From positions 1-53,840 of IMG/VR virus record IMGVR_UViG_3300007511_000030: a stretch of 53,840 nt of DNA. The stretch is one strand, 5' to 3'. Of the stretch, positions 38,398 to 47,040 are shown one piece after another. Position 1 is the stretch's first letter; every line of letters starts with the position of its first letter. Under the pieces are notes generated by a model. The model did not search any database and had not been told where the DNA came from. It saw only the letters and a list, made by a program, of their open reading frames with translations. Position numbers and translations under genes: made by a program. This stretch comes from a virus. Its lineage: Duplodnaviria; Caudoviricetes.

Positions 38398-38933
38398 GCT
38401 GCACTCCCAAACATGGAATCCAGTTCATCCCATGAAGTGTCCGTCTCGATGTATCCCGGCCCGTCATGAGCCAGTGGTGCACGCAAGACAGTGGTGTCTT
38501 CCGTGTCCGGGTAGGTAATCAGCGTCGCGGGCCTACCAGTTTCGATGGCAACGCCAGTGGCCCAAGCGACTATGAACTGCTCCCGCTGTCTTACCTGGCT
38601 ACTGTGTGTGATCCAGTCGCCTGGGTGCGACCCAGATTTGTCATGAAGCGTCGTAGCCCAGACCCGGTATGCAGTAAACTCTTTTTTGAATTTGCCTTTG
38701 AATTTTTCGAGACCGGCCCAATTATTTTTGAGCCATTTCTCGGAACCGACCGGCTCTTCATCAAACAAGCAGGGTCGAATTATCAGCGCCGTCATCCAAG
38801 CGCCACCGGGATAATGCGTTTCGATAGCGACCGAGCCACCGTACCCTTGTCGTGAAGTTTCTTTTGTTTCCTGATGACCGTCCCAGTCAAGCCCTTGCGC
38901 TTTCGATTTGAAAAGTCCTCGTGATACCGTCAT
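38394..38933 (-). CDS. Hypothetical early protein
   Basis: AGGAGG RBS before ATG 38933. Confidence 0.7.
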   Translation of the reverse strand: MTVSRGLFKSKAQGLDWDGHQETKETSRQGYGGSVAIETHYPGGAWMTALIIRPCLFDEEPVGSEKWLKNNWAGLEKFKGKFKKEFTAYRVWATTLHDKSGSHPGDWITHSSQVRQREQFIVAWATGVAIETGRPATLITYPDTEDTTVLRAPLAHDGPGYIETDTSWDELDSMFGSAA

Positions 38934-38967
38934 TGAATTGCCTCCTAGCAAAATGAGATGGATGGAT

Positions 38968-39047
38968 GGTGAGTGCCCGCCTTACAGGGATAGTTCATGA
39001 TGAGCAACAGTTGGCCCATCGAGGCGGGCTTGAATCAGGATCTCACC
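38968..39047 (-). ncRNA. Candidate structured intergenic RNA
   Basis: Nested stems GGTGAG/CTCACC, GCCCGCCT/AGGCGGGC and GATGGGC/GCTCATC. Confidence 0.4.
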
Positions 39048-39076
39048 CAAACCCTCAGTCATAATCCAACTGCTGC

Positions 39077-39511
39077 TTAAGCCGCTTTCGATGCGGGTAC
39101 TAACCTTTTCAACTTGGTGAGACAGTCAGCAAATGCACTGTACGAATTGAGTTCAGCCACATCCTCGAAGTCGAGCGTCATTGAGCCCGCTTCGTAAGAC
39201 ACTGAAGATCCCGTCTGGTGGGTGCAGATGGCATACCGGCGATCCTCCTGCGGATACTTGATGCCGATCACACAGATGTCACCGCTCTCCATCTTGCCTG
39301 TGTCCCGCAACCACTGGCCGTTGATGGCGTACGGACCCGTCTGACTCGGGTCAACGTCATCCACCTTCTTGATCCAATACGGTTGCGAAGATCCCTTCCC
39401 CTTCTTCATTTTCAATATCGGCGCGAGCAGATCAGAACATTCCTTCTTCTCTGCTTTGTTCATACCACCGACGATCTTGACCACCATTGCCACGCTTTTG
39501 CTTACGCTCAT
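39077..39511 (-). CDS. Hypothetical early protein
   Basis: AAGGAGG RBS; ATGA coupling. Confidence 0.7.
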   Translation of the reverse strand: MSVSKSVAMVVKIVGGMNKAEKKECSDLLAPILKMKKGKGSSQPYWIKKVDDVDPSQTGPYAINGQWLRDTGKMESGDICVIGIKYPQEDRRYAICTHQTGSSVSYEAGSMTLDFEDVAELNSYSAFADCLTKLKRLVPASKAA

Positions 39512-40053
39512 GCAACCTCCTTAAGGTTGAGTGTGATGTTGTGATTCTCAGAGAGCACGCGTTTTCCCTTCCGGGTTATCGAGTACCCATAGACTCCATT
39601 TCTTTGAGTCGTGCCATTGCCATTCATACGTTCCCGCTCGACCAACAACGCTGTCACCATTCGCATCAGTACATTCGTCTGAGCAGCCCCGTGACCCTTC
39701 TCGTAGTCTTCGTCGCACAAGACTGCGATCTCCTTGGTCGTGCATGGCTCTTCATACTTGGACAAGAGGTCCAGGTACTTGAACTCCCGCTCATTTAACT
39801 CGGGGAGTTCCTCATCCAGACGACCCTTCTGTCGATGGCTCTTGTTGTTCGACGGTGCGGAAATCTTTGGGAGCGCTTTCTTCGGACTCGTTACGACATT
39901 GCCGGATTCTGCGATCCCGAAGGACACTCCCGGCAACACGGCCACCCCATAAGTTCCGTCTGATGAGACAACCAGAATGTCTCCCTTGCGGGCGGTGATG
40001 TCCTGCTTGACCTCGATTGCCAGTACGTCGTGCTTGATTGTGAGTTGGGTCAT
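39508..40053 (-). CDS. Winged-helix DNA-binding protein
   Basis: LNEREFKYLDLL...TTKEIA...Y.ITRKG wHTH pattern. Confidence 0.65.
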   Translation of the reverse strand: MTQLTIKHDVLAIEVKQDITARKGDILVVSSDGTYGVAVLPGVSFGIAESGNVVTSPKKALPKISAPSNNKSHRQKGRLDEELPELNEREFKYLDLLSKYEEPCTTKEIAVLCDEDYEKGHGAAQTNVLMRMVTALLVERERMNGNGTTQRNGVYGYSITRKGKRVLSENHNITLNLKEVA

Positions 40054-40598
40054 TGCTTTTCCTCTTTCGTGTTGACAATGATGGAGAGCGCGCGCCCTCC
40101 GGTTTTCTCAAGATCGCCTTCTTCCAATGCGCCTTTCAGGAAGGCTCGAAGATGATCCGTGTGCTTTCCCCCATCGATCCAGATATCGAGATCCCGAAAC
40201 GAGTTGTCGATTGATTGGAGTGCGTAATCCACAAAGTCTTCTAGCAGTTCGGGATCAACTTCCAGACGACCGTTGCGCGAGTTATCTTCGATGTCATCCA
40301 ACAACGTCTGCTCGAGGGTGTATCCGTACGTTGGTTTCGTTTTGGTCGTGCTCGTTGTGGTGTGCTTTGACCAGTCGTACGGCTCGTTGTCGTACTCGTA
40401 GTCACTGGCCCGTCCGAACATATCCCTGCTTCCATAGTCCCAATACGAAGGGCCACTTCCACGAGACGGTGTGTCTCTCCAATATGTGTCGCTCGAATAA
40501 CTTGTTTTCTTTGGCTTCACCTTCGGCTTGTCCTCGAACAGATCGTCAAGCGCCTTTGATGTGATCGCATCCACTTGCTTGTTGTCGCCTTTACTCAT
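40050..40598 (-). CDS. Hypothetical early protein
   Basis: CAGGAG RBS; coupled. Confidence 0.65.
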   Translation of the reverse strand: MSKGDNKQVDAITSKALDDLFEDKPKVKPKKTSYSSDTYWRDTPSRGSGPSYWDYGSRDMFGRASDYEYDNEPYDWSKHTTTSTTKTKPTYGYTLEQTLLDDIEDNSRNGRLEVDPELLEDFVDYALQSIDNSFRDLDIWIDGGKHTDHLRAFLKGALEEGDLEKTGGRALSIIVNTKEEKQ

Positions 40599-40788
40599 GG
40601 TTTTTTCTCCTGCTTGATTGCGTTTCCACTTCTCGACATATCTCCTGTACTTTCTTGATGTCTACGTGCCGGATCTTCCGCGCCCTTACTACCTTGGCCA
40701 CTTGAATCCAGAATTCCCATGGTCGCTTGGGCCAGTGCTTCATCCACTCACTGTCGACCGTGCCTACTGATTTTTTCTTCGGCCCCAT
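40591..40788 (-). CDS. Hypothetical protein
   Basis: TAATG coupling to the CobT-like gene. Confidence 0.55.
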   Translation of the reverse strand: MGPKKKSVGTVDSEWMKHWPKRPWEFWIQVAKVVRARKIRHVDIKKVQEICREVETQSSRRKNHE

Positions 40789-42659
40789 TACGCAGCTCGC
40801 AATGCGTGCTTCGCCTTCATGAGATCCGAGTTGTCTGGCTTGTACCGATCGTTGATGAGCAACTTGCCCAACTCATCCATCGTTGCTTTTGGCAAGTCAT
40901 TCAAGTTATCGATCACCTGCCACCGTGGATAGAACTGCTGAACAGCGTCGCTCATGATCCCGATGCCCACGCAATCGGCCTTCTTGGAAACCATCTCGAT
41001 GACATCTCGAAGATGTTGATCGAGATGCCCCTGACCAAACGATGTGTTGCAGGCCGGGTATCCGTCTGACAACACGATCAGGATCTTTCTCTTGCTTGGC
41101 CTCACCCGCAGCCGTGCCCACGCATTGAGCACCGCTTCACCGTCTGAGTTGCAACCAGCAACACAGTAGTAGATGCGACCCATCGCGCCACGAGCATCGA
41201 ACAGTCGCTCATCGAACTCCTTGAACACATACATATCGAGAGCGCCATACCGCGAAGATTTCGGTCTGGCACCACCCCGCGCAAACTTTCTGGCGGGATC
41301 GTTATGGACGAATCCGGTCGAGTTGTTGAAGCCCAACACTTCATACTCGACTGGCGTTCTTTCCAGACACTCGGCCAATGCGATTGCGACTTGGGTTGCC
41401 AGATACGCGGGCTGACCACACATAGAGCCGGATAGATCGATGAGAATTTCGATACTGGTATCGAAGTCGTCAGTTTCTTCCCGTGCCTTGAACACATTAG
41501 GCTCGCCCTTGTAGGCAGCCGGGAGTCGGCGCGAGTCGAGGTTCCCTTCCAGACGACCAAAGTCCCAGTTGCGTTCCATCTTTGCGGTGATGGCCCGCTC
41601 GAGTTTCCGGCGCATGGTGTTCACCTTGCCCACCATCTCCCTCTTAATCTCTTCGTAGTGTTCAGCGTTTTTGCTCGTGATCTGCGAGATTGTTGCTCGG
41701 TTGTTATTAGCGCCTCCCGTGTACTTGGCTTTCTTGTCGTGACGTGTGTGCCACTTGTCACTGGCCGTGCTCTCCGGTCGATACGCACGCTCCCGATCCC
41801 CTTCGTCAATCTTGTCCCGCCATGTGCTCTCAAGCGCATCAGCGGGTTCGATCTCTAAGGGGTTTTGATCCCCACTGGACTCGTGTGCTTTGCCATATGC
41901 TGATCGAGCCTTGCGAACTTCCGTGGTTCCGGTTTCCCCCTCGCCATCTGCCTCGTACGGCTCATCAATGATCGGGTCGCCACCTTCTTCTTCCTGCTTC
42001 TCACGGATGTCTGAGTCGATACGTCGCGCCAGCTCAACGACATCAGCCGAATTCCGACACGCCTTGATCGCCCTCGCCCATGCCTCGGACTCCTTCTGCA
42101 ATTTCTCTGGCAACAGATCAATGCACTTCTGATTGGTGTCGGTGTCGTAACCCAACAGTTTTCGACCCTGCCATGTCAGCGCAATCGTCATGATTTTCTG
42201 CCTGTCTGACACAGCGTCTGACTCGGAGTGGCGATTGAGGAACTCGGAATTAACGGCCTCCGTAGTCGCAGTCAGATTGCGTAACGACCCCGGATATTCG
42301 TCAATGATTCGATCCTCAATACGCACATCCTCGATGGCGTTTATCAGGCGGGGAAGAATCTTGTTGCCGTCCTTTGCACATTGCTTATTGGTTTGGGCCA
42401 ACAGGGGCATATCGCTATGCCGAACGTGACCGGCCTCGTGGTCGATGTAACCCCTCGCCACAAGCACCTGCTCAGACGTCAACTGCTTCCCGCTTGGCAA
42501 CGACGGCAGAACAATGGTGTTCCCATTGGTTCCCGCTTGGTCGCCACTGAACACCACGTTAATGTCGAACTTCCGACCGAACGTGCGCCCCGTGCCATGT
42601 GCTTCGATCGTGAAGTTCTCGGTGGACATCGAGTGATCCGTAAGTGAGTAACCACTCAT
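40788..42659 (-). CDS. cobT: CobT-like vWA protein
   Basis: HEAGH...NAIEDVRIE N-domain, GNLDSRRL, MIDAS DLSGSM, DGEA, LSDGYP. Confidence 0.88.
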   Translation of the reverse strand: MSGYSLTDHSMSTENFTIEAHGTGRTFGRKFDINVVFSGDQAGTNGNTIVLPSLPSGKQLTSEQVLVARGYIDHEAGHVRHSDMPLLAQTNKQCAKDGNKILPRLINAIEDVRIEDRIIDEYPGSLRNLTATTEAVNSEFLNRHSESDAVSDRQKIMTIALTWQGRKLLGYDTDTNQKCIDLLPEKLQKESEAWARAIKACRNSADVVELARRIDSDIREKQEEEGGDPIIDEPYEADGEGETGTTEVRKARSAYGKAHESSGDQNPLEIEPADALESTWRDKIDEGDRERAYRPESTASDKWHTRHDKKAKYTGGANNNRATISQITSKNAEHYEEIKREMVGKVNTMRRKLERAITAKMERNWDFGRLEGNLDSRRLPAAYKGEPNVFKAREETDDFDTSIEILIDLSGSMCGQPAYLATQVAIALAECLERTPVEYEVLGFNNSTGFVHNDPARKFARGGARPKSSRYGALDMYVFKEFDERLFDARGAMGRIYYCVAGCNSDGEAVLNAWARLRVRPSKRKILIVLSDGYPACNTSFGQGHLDQHLRDVIEMVSKKADCVGIGIMSDAVQQFYPRWQVIDNLNDLPKATMDELGKLLINDRYKPDNSDLMKAKHALRAA

Positions 42660-42790
42660 CGTTTGCGACCTCCTTCTCTCCATTTGTGTTTGGGCACAAA
42701 CTGCGCTTTGCCCTTACTCACTAAGGCGTACGCAGCCTTGTCATTCATGCGTACGATCTTTCCCGTTGATGTTTGTTTGACGCATTTCAT
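42656..42790 (-). CDS. 44-aa basic protein between cobS and cobT (not in the ORF track)
   Basis: MKCVKQTSTGKIVRMNDKAAYALVSKGKAQFVPKHKWREGGRKR*; abuts the cobS stop and overlaps the cobT start (ATGA). Confidence 0.7.
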   Translation of the reverse strand: MKCVKQTSTGKIVRMNDKAAYALVSKGKAQFVPKHKWREGGRKR

Positions 42791-44809
42791 TTATGCAGAT
42801 TCCTCGGTTGCGACCGTCCATGCTCGGTTGTGGATACCCTTGAGCACAGCGCGGTCTTGTGGTGATGCTCGGTTCAATATGCAGACCTCGAACGCCTCGC
42901 TACTGGCCTTGTTCTCATCCGGCAACAGCGCAAGGAAGTTCGTCAACGTCTGGCCCCAACTGATAACGCCTCGTGGCGACAACGGTTGCAGGATCTCTGC
43001 ATTAACGAACGCTTCCCGGTGTTCCTTGACGTACCGCATGATGGCGTCAGCAAACCGTTCCGGCAGTGCGGGTGATCTCGCCATAAGCAACTTCTTTTCC
43101 TCGCCCGGCTTGAGATACTCGACGTTCATCCAACGAGTGAACCTGTCGAGAAACGCTTGGGACTGTGGCCGTGCGCCCTGATATAGACCGAAGTCATCTC
43201 CCTGCCCCACCGTGTTGGCGTTAGCCACCAGACGGTGCATGGGGTGAGCATTGACATAACGACCACCGTCCTCGGTGATGAGCAGTCCATTGCCCTCAAG
43301 CATCCTGTTGAACACATACGAAACCTCAGCCCTGATGCGATCGACCTCATCGCAGACCAAGACATAAGGCCCATTGAGCGCCGTGGGCAACACACCATCC
43401 ACAAACTTGGAAGTCGTGACTCCACCGTCGTTCGTGAGAACGTCACGGCCCATCAGATCCATGCGGGTGATCTCGGAGTCGAAGTTGATGCGAATCATCG
43501 GCCAGTTCATACGAGCCAGCGTCTGCTCGATCAGTGTCGTCTTGCCTGTCCCGGTGTGACCAACGAGATACGACCGCTCGCCAGACACCAAGGCTTGCAA
43601 GAGATTGAGGAGTGGCATCGCCTGGAAGATGTAATCCGGGTCGATAGCCGGGACATGGGGGTGTGGAGAATCCCACTTGAACACAGGGATCTCGAACTTG
43701 AAGGCGGGCTTGCCCCGCTTGATTTTGAAAACGTCTGACGCCAGTTTCTGTTCGATCTCGCCCTCGGGGATATCCCCACTGGCCTCAACCTGTGCGGGCA
43801 TCGTCGGTGCTGACGACATCGAGCCCATCTTCTTACGCAGACTGTCTGCTTCCTGCTTTGCGACCTGCCCATCCCGAATCTTGGCAATCAGGTCGTCTGC
43901 GTCCTTGACACCGCCAGACGTGGCGTTTGACAGCATTGTGTCGAGCACCGCTTTGAAATCCGCTTTCACGGAAATCGTGGGCACTGTACCGGAGTCGGAC
44001 TCGCCGTCTGATTCGTCGCCATCATCGCCAATCAGCGTTTTCGTGGCGACTTCCGCAATGCTCGTGGCCAAATCATCGCCAACTGCTGTTGCGAATTCAA
44101 ACTCGTCGTCGCTAAGAGCGCGGGCCTGAATCGACGCTCTCAACGCATCAATGCGACCCGTCTGATCGGTTGTGTCGGCAGAGTTTTCGAGGTGCGTAAG
44201 GAATTTGTCGGACAGACTTTCTGCCGATTCAAAGTCTCCTTCGTTATCACGAACAAATACATCGTGCGCATTGATCAACTGATCTAGCGACGCAGAGTAG
44301 GTATCTGGATTCATAGAATCTCCTGTTGTGGTGGGTGTGGTGGTTGATGGTGGGAAGTGTTTTTCTATACGCTCTTGCAAGTCGTCTGGCTCACGGGTCG
44401 CTCCCAAAATGACCCCGGTACGTGATGCTTTGCTTTTGACTGGGCACTCGTCGTTCCAGATCAGACGCATACGCCCCATGCCCGTATCGTAGAAAACATC
44501 CTCGGCTTCGAAACCGCCGAGGATGCCCATCCAAATCGCTAACGAGATCTCACGAAGGGTGTGGACTGGCAAGCAGTCACGAAATCCGACCAGTGAATCG
44601 CGCGGATTGATTTGGTTCTCTCCATTGCCGATGTATGAGGAAAGCGCGGTAGCGCTAGTCCACGCATCTTCCAGATAGTCGAGAGCCTCGTGCTCGAGCC
44701 CACTAAGAGCGGTGTTAAAGATTTCTCGATGGAGGCGTCGTTCGTCCTCACTCAGCATTTGCTCCGTGAAAACACGACGAATGGTTTGCTGTAAAGCAGT
44801 TTCGGTCAT
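42791..44809 (-). CDS. cobS: CobS-like MoxR AAA+ ATPase with a long N-terminal extension
   Basis: Walker A GHTGTGKT, DLMGRD, Walker B CDEVD, ANANTVGQGD...YQG, AFLDRF, LSPRG. Confidence 0.9.
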   Translation of the reverse strand: MTETALQQTIRRVFTEQMLSEDERRLHREIFNTALSGLEHEALDYLEDAWTSATALSSYIGNGENQINPRDSLVGFRDCLPVHTLREISLAIWMGILGGFEAEDVFYDTGMGRMRLIWNDECPVKSKASRTGVILGATREPDDLQERIEKHFPPSTTTPTTTGDSMNPDTYSASLDQLINAHDVFVRDNEGDFESAESLSDKFLTHLENSADTTDQTGRIDALRASIQARALSDDEFEFATAVGDDLATSIAEVATKTLIGDDGDESDGESDSGTVPTISVKADFKAVLDTMLSNATSGGVKDADDLIAKIRDGQVAKQEADSLRKKMGSMSSAPTMPAQVEASGDIPEGEIEQKLASDVFKIKRGKPAFKFEIPVFKWDSPHPHVPAIDPDYIFQAMPLLNLLQALVSGERSYLVGHTGTGKTTLIEQTLARMNWPMIRINFDSEITRMDLMGRDVLTNDGGVTTSKFVDGVLPTALNGPYVLVCDEVDRIRAEVSYVFNRMLEGNGLLITEDGGRYVNAHPMHRLVANANTVGQGDDFGLYQGARPQSQAFLDRFTRWMNVEYLKPGEEKKLLMARSPALPERFADAIMRYVKEHREAFVNAEILQPLSPRGVISWGQTLTNFLALLPDENKASSEAFEVCILNRASPQDRAVLKGIHNRAWTVATEESA

Positions 44810-44933
44810 ATACGCTCCCTTTGTATATGCTTGGATGCACCCCAATTACACCCGTTAGGTGTCTGATATACCATACTAGGCATCTCTAAAGCAACTTTCG
44901 GTGCTCTTAGGGTGTATGGTGGATACAAGCAGA

Positions 44934-44960
44934 GGCCGACCCCGCCGAAGCGGGGCCGAC
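44934..44960 (-). terminator. GC-rich UUCG hairpin
   Basis: TCGGCCCCGC-TTCG-GCGGGGTCGG on the minus strand after ORF 44979; weak U-tract. Confidence 0.5.
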
Positions 44961-44978
44961 GTGCCCCGGAGAATCCGG

Positions 44979-45176
44979 TCAACGTGTTGCGATTGTCTCG
45001 ATGGCCTCGAGAATGTCGTCGATCTCGCAGTCCACGACATCAACCTCGAGCATCTCGAGAAAGTGAAGCCACATGGTTCGGTCAATGTCCGACTCATAGG
45101 CCAGCGTGTTGCGATGCGCGACGTCGTCTGACAGATCGACTTCCTCGCCTTCGCAGATGATTTTGAGGTCGCTCAT
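44979..45176 (-). CDS. Small acidic protein
   Basis: ATGA coupling; C-terminus resembles that of the upstream ORF. Confidence 0.65.
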   Translation of the reverse strand: MSDLKIICEGEEVDLSDDVAHRNTLAYESDIDRTMWLHFLEMLEVDVVDCEIDDILEAIETIATR

Positions 45177-45517
45177 GGTGTTGCGGTTGCCCCCATGTGT
45201 TCGAGAATGTCGTCTGCGTCCCAGTCCACGGCATCAACCTCGATCGTCTCGAGATCAGACATAACGTGGTCGCCGTTGCGAATTTCGTAATCAATCGAAG
45301 CGCAAGCCTCGATCAACTTTTCCTCTCGCATTTGCACCCCATCGGGAAACATGAACCATCCGTCGTCCGACATGGGGCAGACGTCGCCAAAGGAGGCCAC
45401 GTATGCCAGGTAAAACTCGACGTAATGGCCTTCAATCGTCGAGCCGTCAGACAACGTAGCGTCACCCTCGTGGCGCCAGTCATTAACGGTGGGGTCTACA
45501 TCAAGGATCATTTTCAT
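45173..45517 (-). CDS. Acidic hypothetical protein
   Basis: GGAG RBS before ATG 45517. Confidence 0.65.
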   Translation of the reverse strand: MKMILDVDPTVNDWRHEGDATLSDGSTIEGHYVEFYLAYVASFGDVCPMSDDGWFMFPDGVQMREEKLIEACASIDYEIRNGDHVMSDLETIEVDAVDWDADDILEHMGATATP

Positions 45518-45636
45518 AAACGTTCTCCGTAAAAATCCCATAGGAAATTCAAAGTGGAACCCCTTTGGTTCCGGCCAGTTGTCCTACTCTTCCTTTGGAA
45601 GAACCCGCACAAAGAGAAAAGTCCCGCCCGCACAAG

Positions 45637-45669
45637 GGGACGACCCTTGCGCCACGTTTGGCGTATAAG
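45637..45669 (+). promoter_or_regulatory. Putative late promoter, copy 5 (terS)
   Basis: GGGACGA at 45637-45643 with TATAAG at 45664-45669, one nt further out than in the other copies. Confidence 0.65.
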
Positions 45670-45678
45670 ACAGTTGAT

Positions 45679-46059
45679 ATGACTGCCGAAGTTCGTAAAC
45701 CGATCACTGACGCGGTCGCACTGAGCCCACGCCAAATCGCGCGCATACGTGGCCAAATAGCGACCCATGTGAGGGATCTGATGCCACAAGCCGTCGAAGC
45801 AGCTCGCGGAGAGCGTACGTGGAGCAACCAACAAGTGACGTTATTCCGTACGTTGCTTGCGAAGGTCGTACCAGACCTGTCGCAATCACACAGCACGGTG
45901 GACATCACGACGCGTACGATCAACGAACTGACGCGCGAGGAGTTAGAAGCCATCGCGTCGGGCAACGATGCCCTTGATGGCGAGATTGTTGACACAATAG
46001 AGCGCGTCGACGATGACGATGCCCTTGTTAGGGGAGCGCGTAAGACAAAGAAACAATGA
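45679..46059 (+). CDS. terS: Probable terminase small subunit
   Basis: LLAKVVPDL...ELTREELEAI pattern typical of TerS C-termini; lies upstream of TerL behind the late motif. Confidence 0.65.
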   Translation: MTAEVRKPITDAVALSPRQIARIRGQIATHVRDLMPQAVEAARGERTWSNQQVTLFRTLLAKVVPDLSQSHSTVDITTRTINELTREELEAIASGNDALDGEIVDTIERVDDDDALVRGARKTKKQ

Positions 46060-46131
46060 CTTACGTGTCGTTGTGACCAAATTTGTGTCGTTATCATGTT
46101 CAGACGGGCCTATGCGTAGGAAAAAAAGCCA

Positions 46132-46163
46132 AAAAAAAACGCGCGCCCCCGAAGGGGCGCACG
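46132..46163 (-). terminator. Rho-independent terminator
   Basis: CGTGCGCCCC-TTCG-GGGGCGCGCG followed by T8 on the minus strand. Confidence 0.85.
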
Positions 46164-46174
46164 AATGTCAGCGG

Positions 46175-46579
46175 TTACGACTTGTGCGAGGTGAACGCGG
46201 CCACGATCTGCGTGAGCTCCGCGACCTGCGCCTGCAACGCTGCGATCTCGGCAGCCTTGCTCGTGCGCGCCTCACCCTTGGCGGGGCGATCCACGCCCAG
46301 GCTCGCGAGCGTCGCGACCGGTGCGAGATCCTGCGCGCCGGGCACGCCCTCGACCTTGCCCATCGCGGCTTTTGACGAGCCGAAGTCGTGCAGGCACGCG
46401 CCCGCCTTGTCGACCGTCGCCGCACGCGGGCCCGTGACCGTGATCGGCCACAACTTGCCCGACGCGCTCACGCAAAGCGTGCCGTTGAACCAACGCACGT
46501 TGCGCTTGCCCACGGTCGTCGTTTGCCCGTTGCGGAACGTGATCTCAGGGCTGATGGTGTCCAAAGTGTGTGTGCTCAT
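46175..46579 (-). CDS. High-GC hypothetical protein in its own transcription unit
   Basis: GGAG RBS, its own terminator, C-terminal coiled coil. Confidence 0.7.
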   Translation of the reverse strand: MSTHTLDTISPEITFRNGQTTTVGKRNVRWFNGTLCVSASGKLWPITVTGPRAATVDKAGACLHDFGSSKAAMGKVEGVPGAQDLAPVATLASLGVDRPAKGEARTSKAAEIAALQAQVAELTQIVAAFTSHKS

Positions 46580-46794
46580 GTGAGTCTCCGTTGTGAGCCA
46601 TCGGGGAATCCTCCGGTCTCAGCCACCTGACCTATGTTTCCTTTGGAAACCGCGCCGCGCCTGCGCGCGTGTGAGGCCGGAGGGGGGGCGGGGCATCCCC
46701 GCGTCCGCCTGCGCACGCGCGAATGATGGCGACTCCCTACCCCCACGACTAATCGCACCAAATTTCAAACCCTGTCTGATAAAGGAGACAAATC

Positions 46795-47040
46795 ATGGAA
46801 GAAACGATTGAAGACGATCTGGTAAAGAACCACGAAAAAGACCGACTAACTTCTAATATTTCTTTAGAAGATTTCGCGAAAGCGATGAGTCAGCTTGATC
46901 TCGACTCTGTAGCGCCGGAGAAGCGGCAAGCCGCAGTTCTTGACCACCTGATGCGGATCATGCAGAACGAGATCCACGACCGTCACGTAGCCAAGGAGAT
47001 CAAATATTCCCGCATCCTCAACGCCATGGAAGGCTCGTGA
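46795..47040 (+). CDS. Hypothetical protein upstream of TerL
   Basis: AAGGAG RBS; GTGA coupling to terL. Confidence 0.7.
   Translation: MEETIEDDLVKNHEKDRLTSNISLEDFAKAMSQLDLDSVAPEKRQAAVLDHLMRIMQNEIHDRHVAKEIKYSRILNAMEGS

Noticed and set aside
40788-44809. Cobalamin biosynthesis auxiliary metabolic genes
   Set aside because: No CobN or other cob genes; MoxR/vWA pairs are common in phage early regions.
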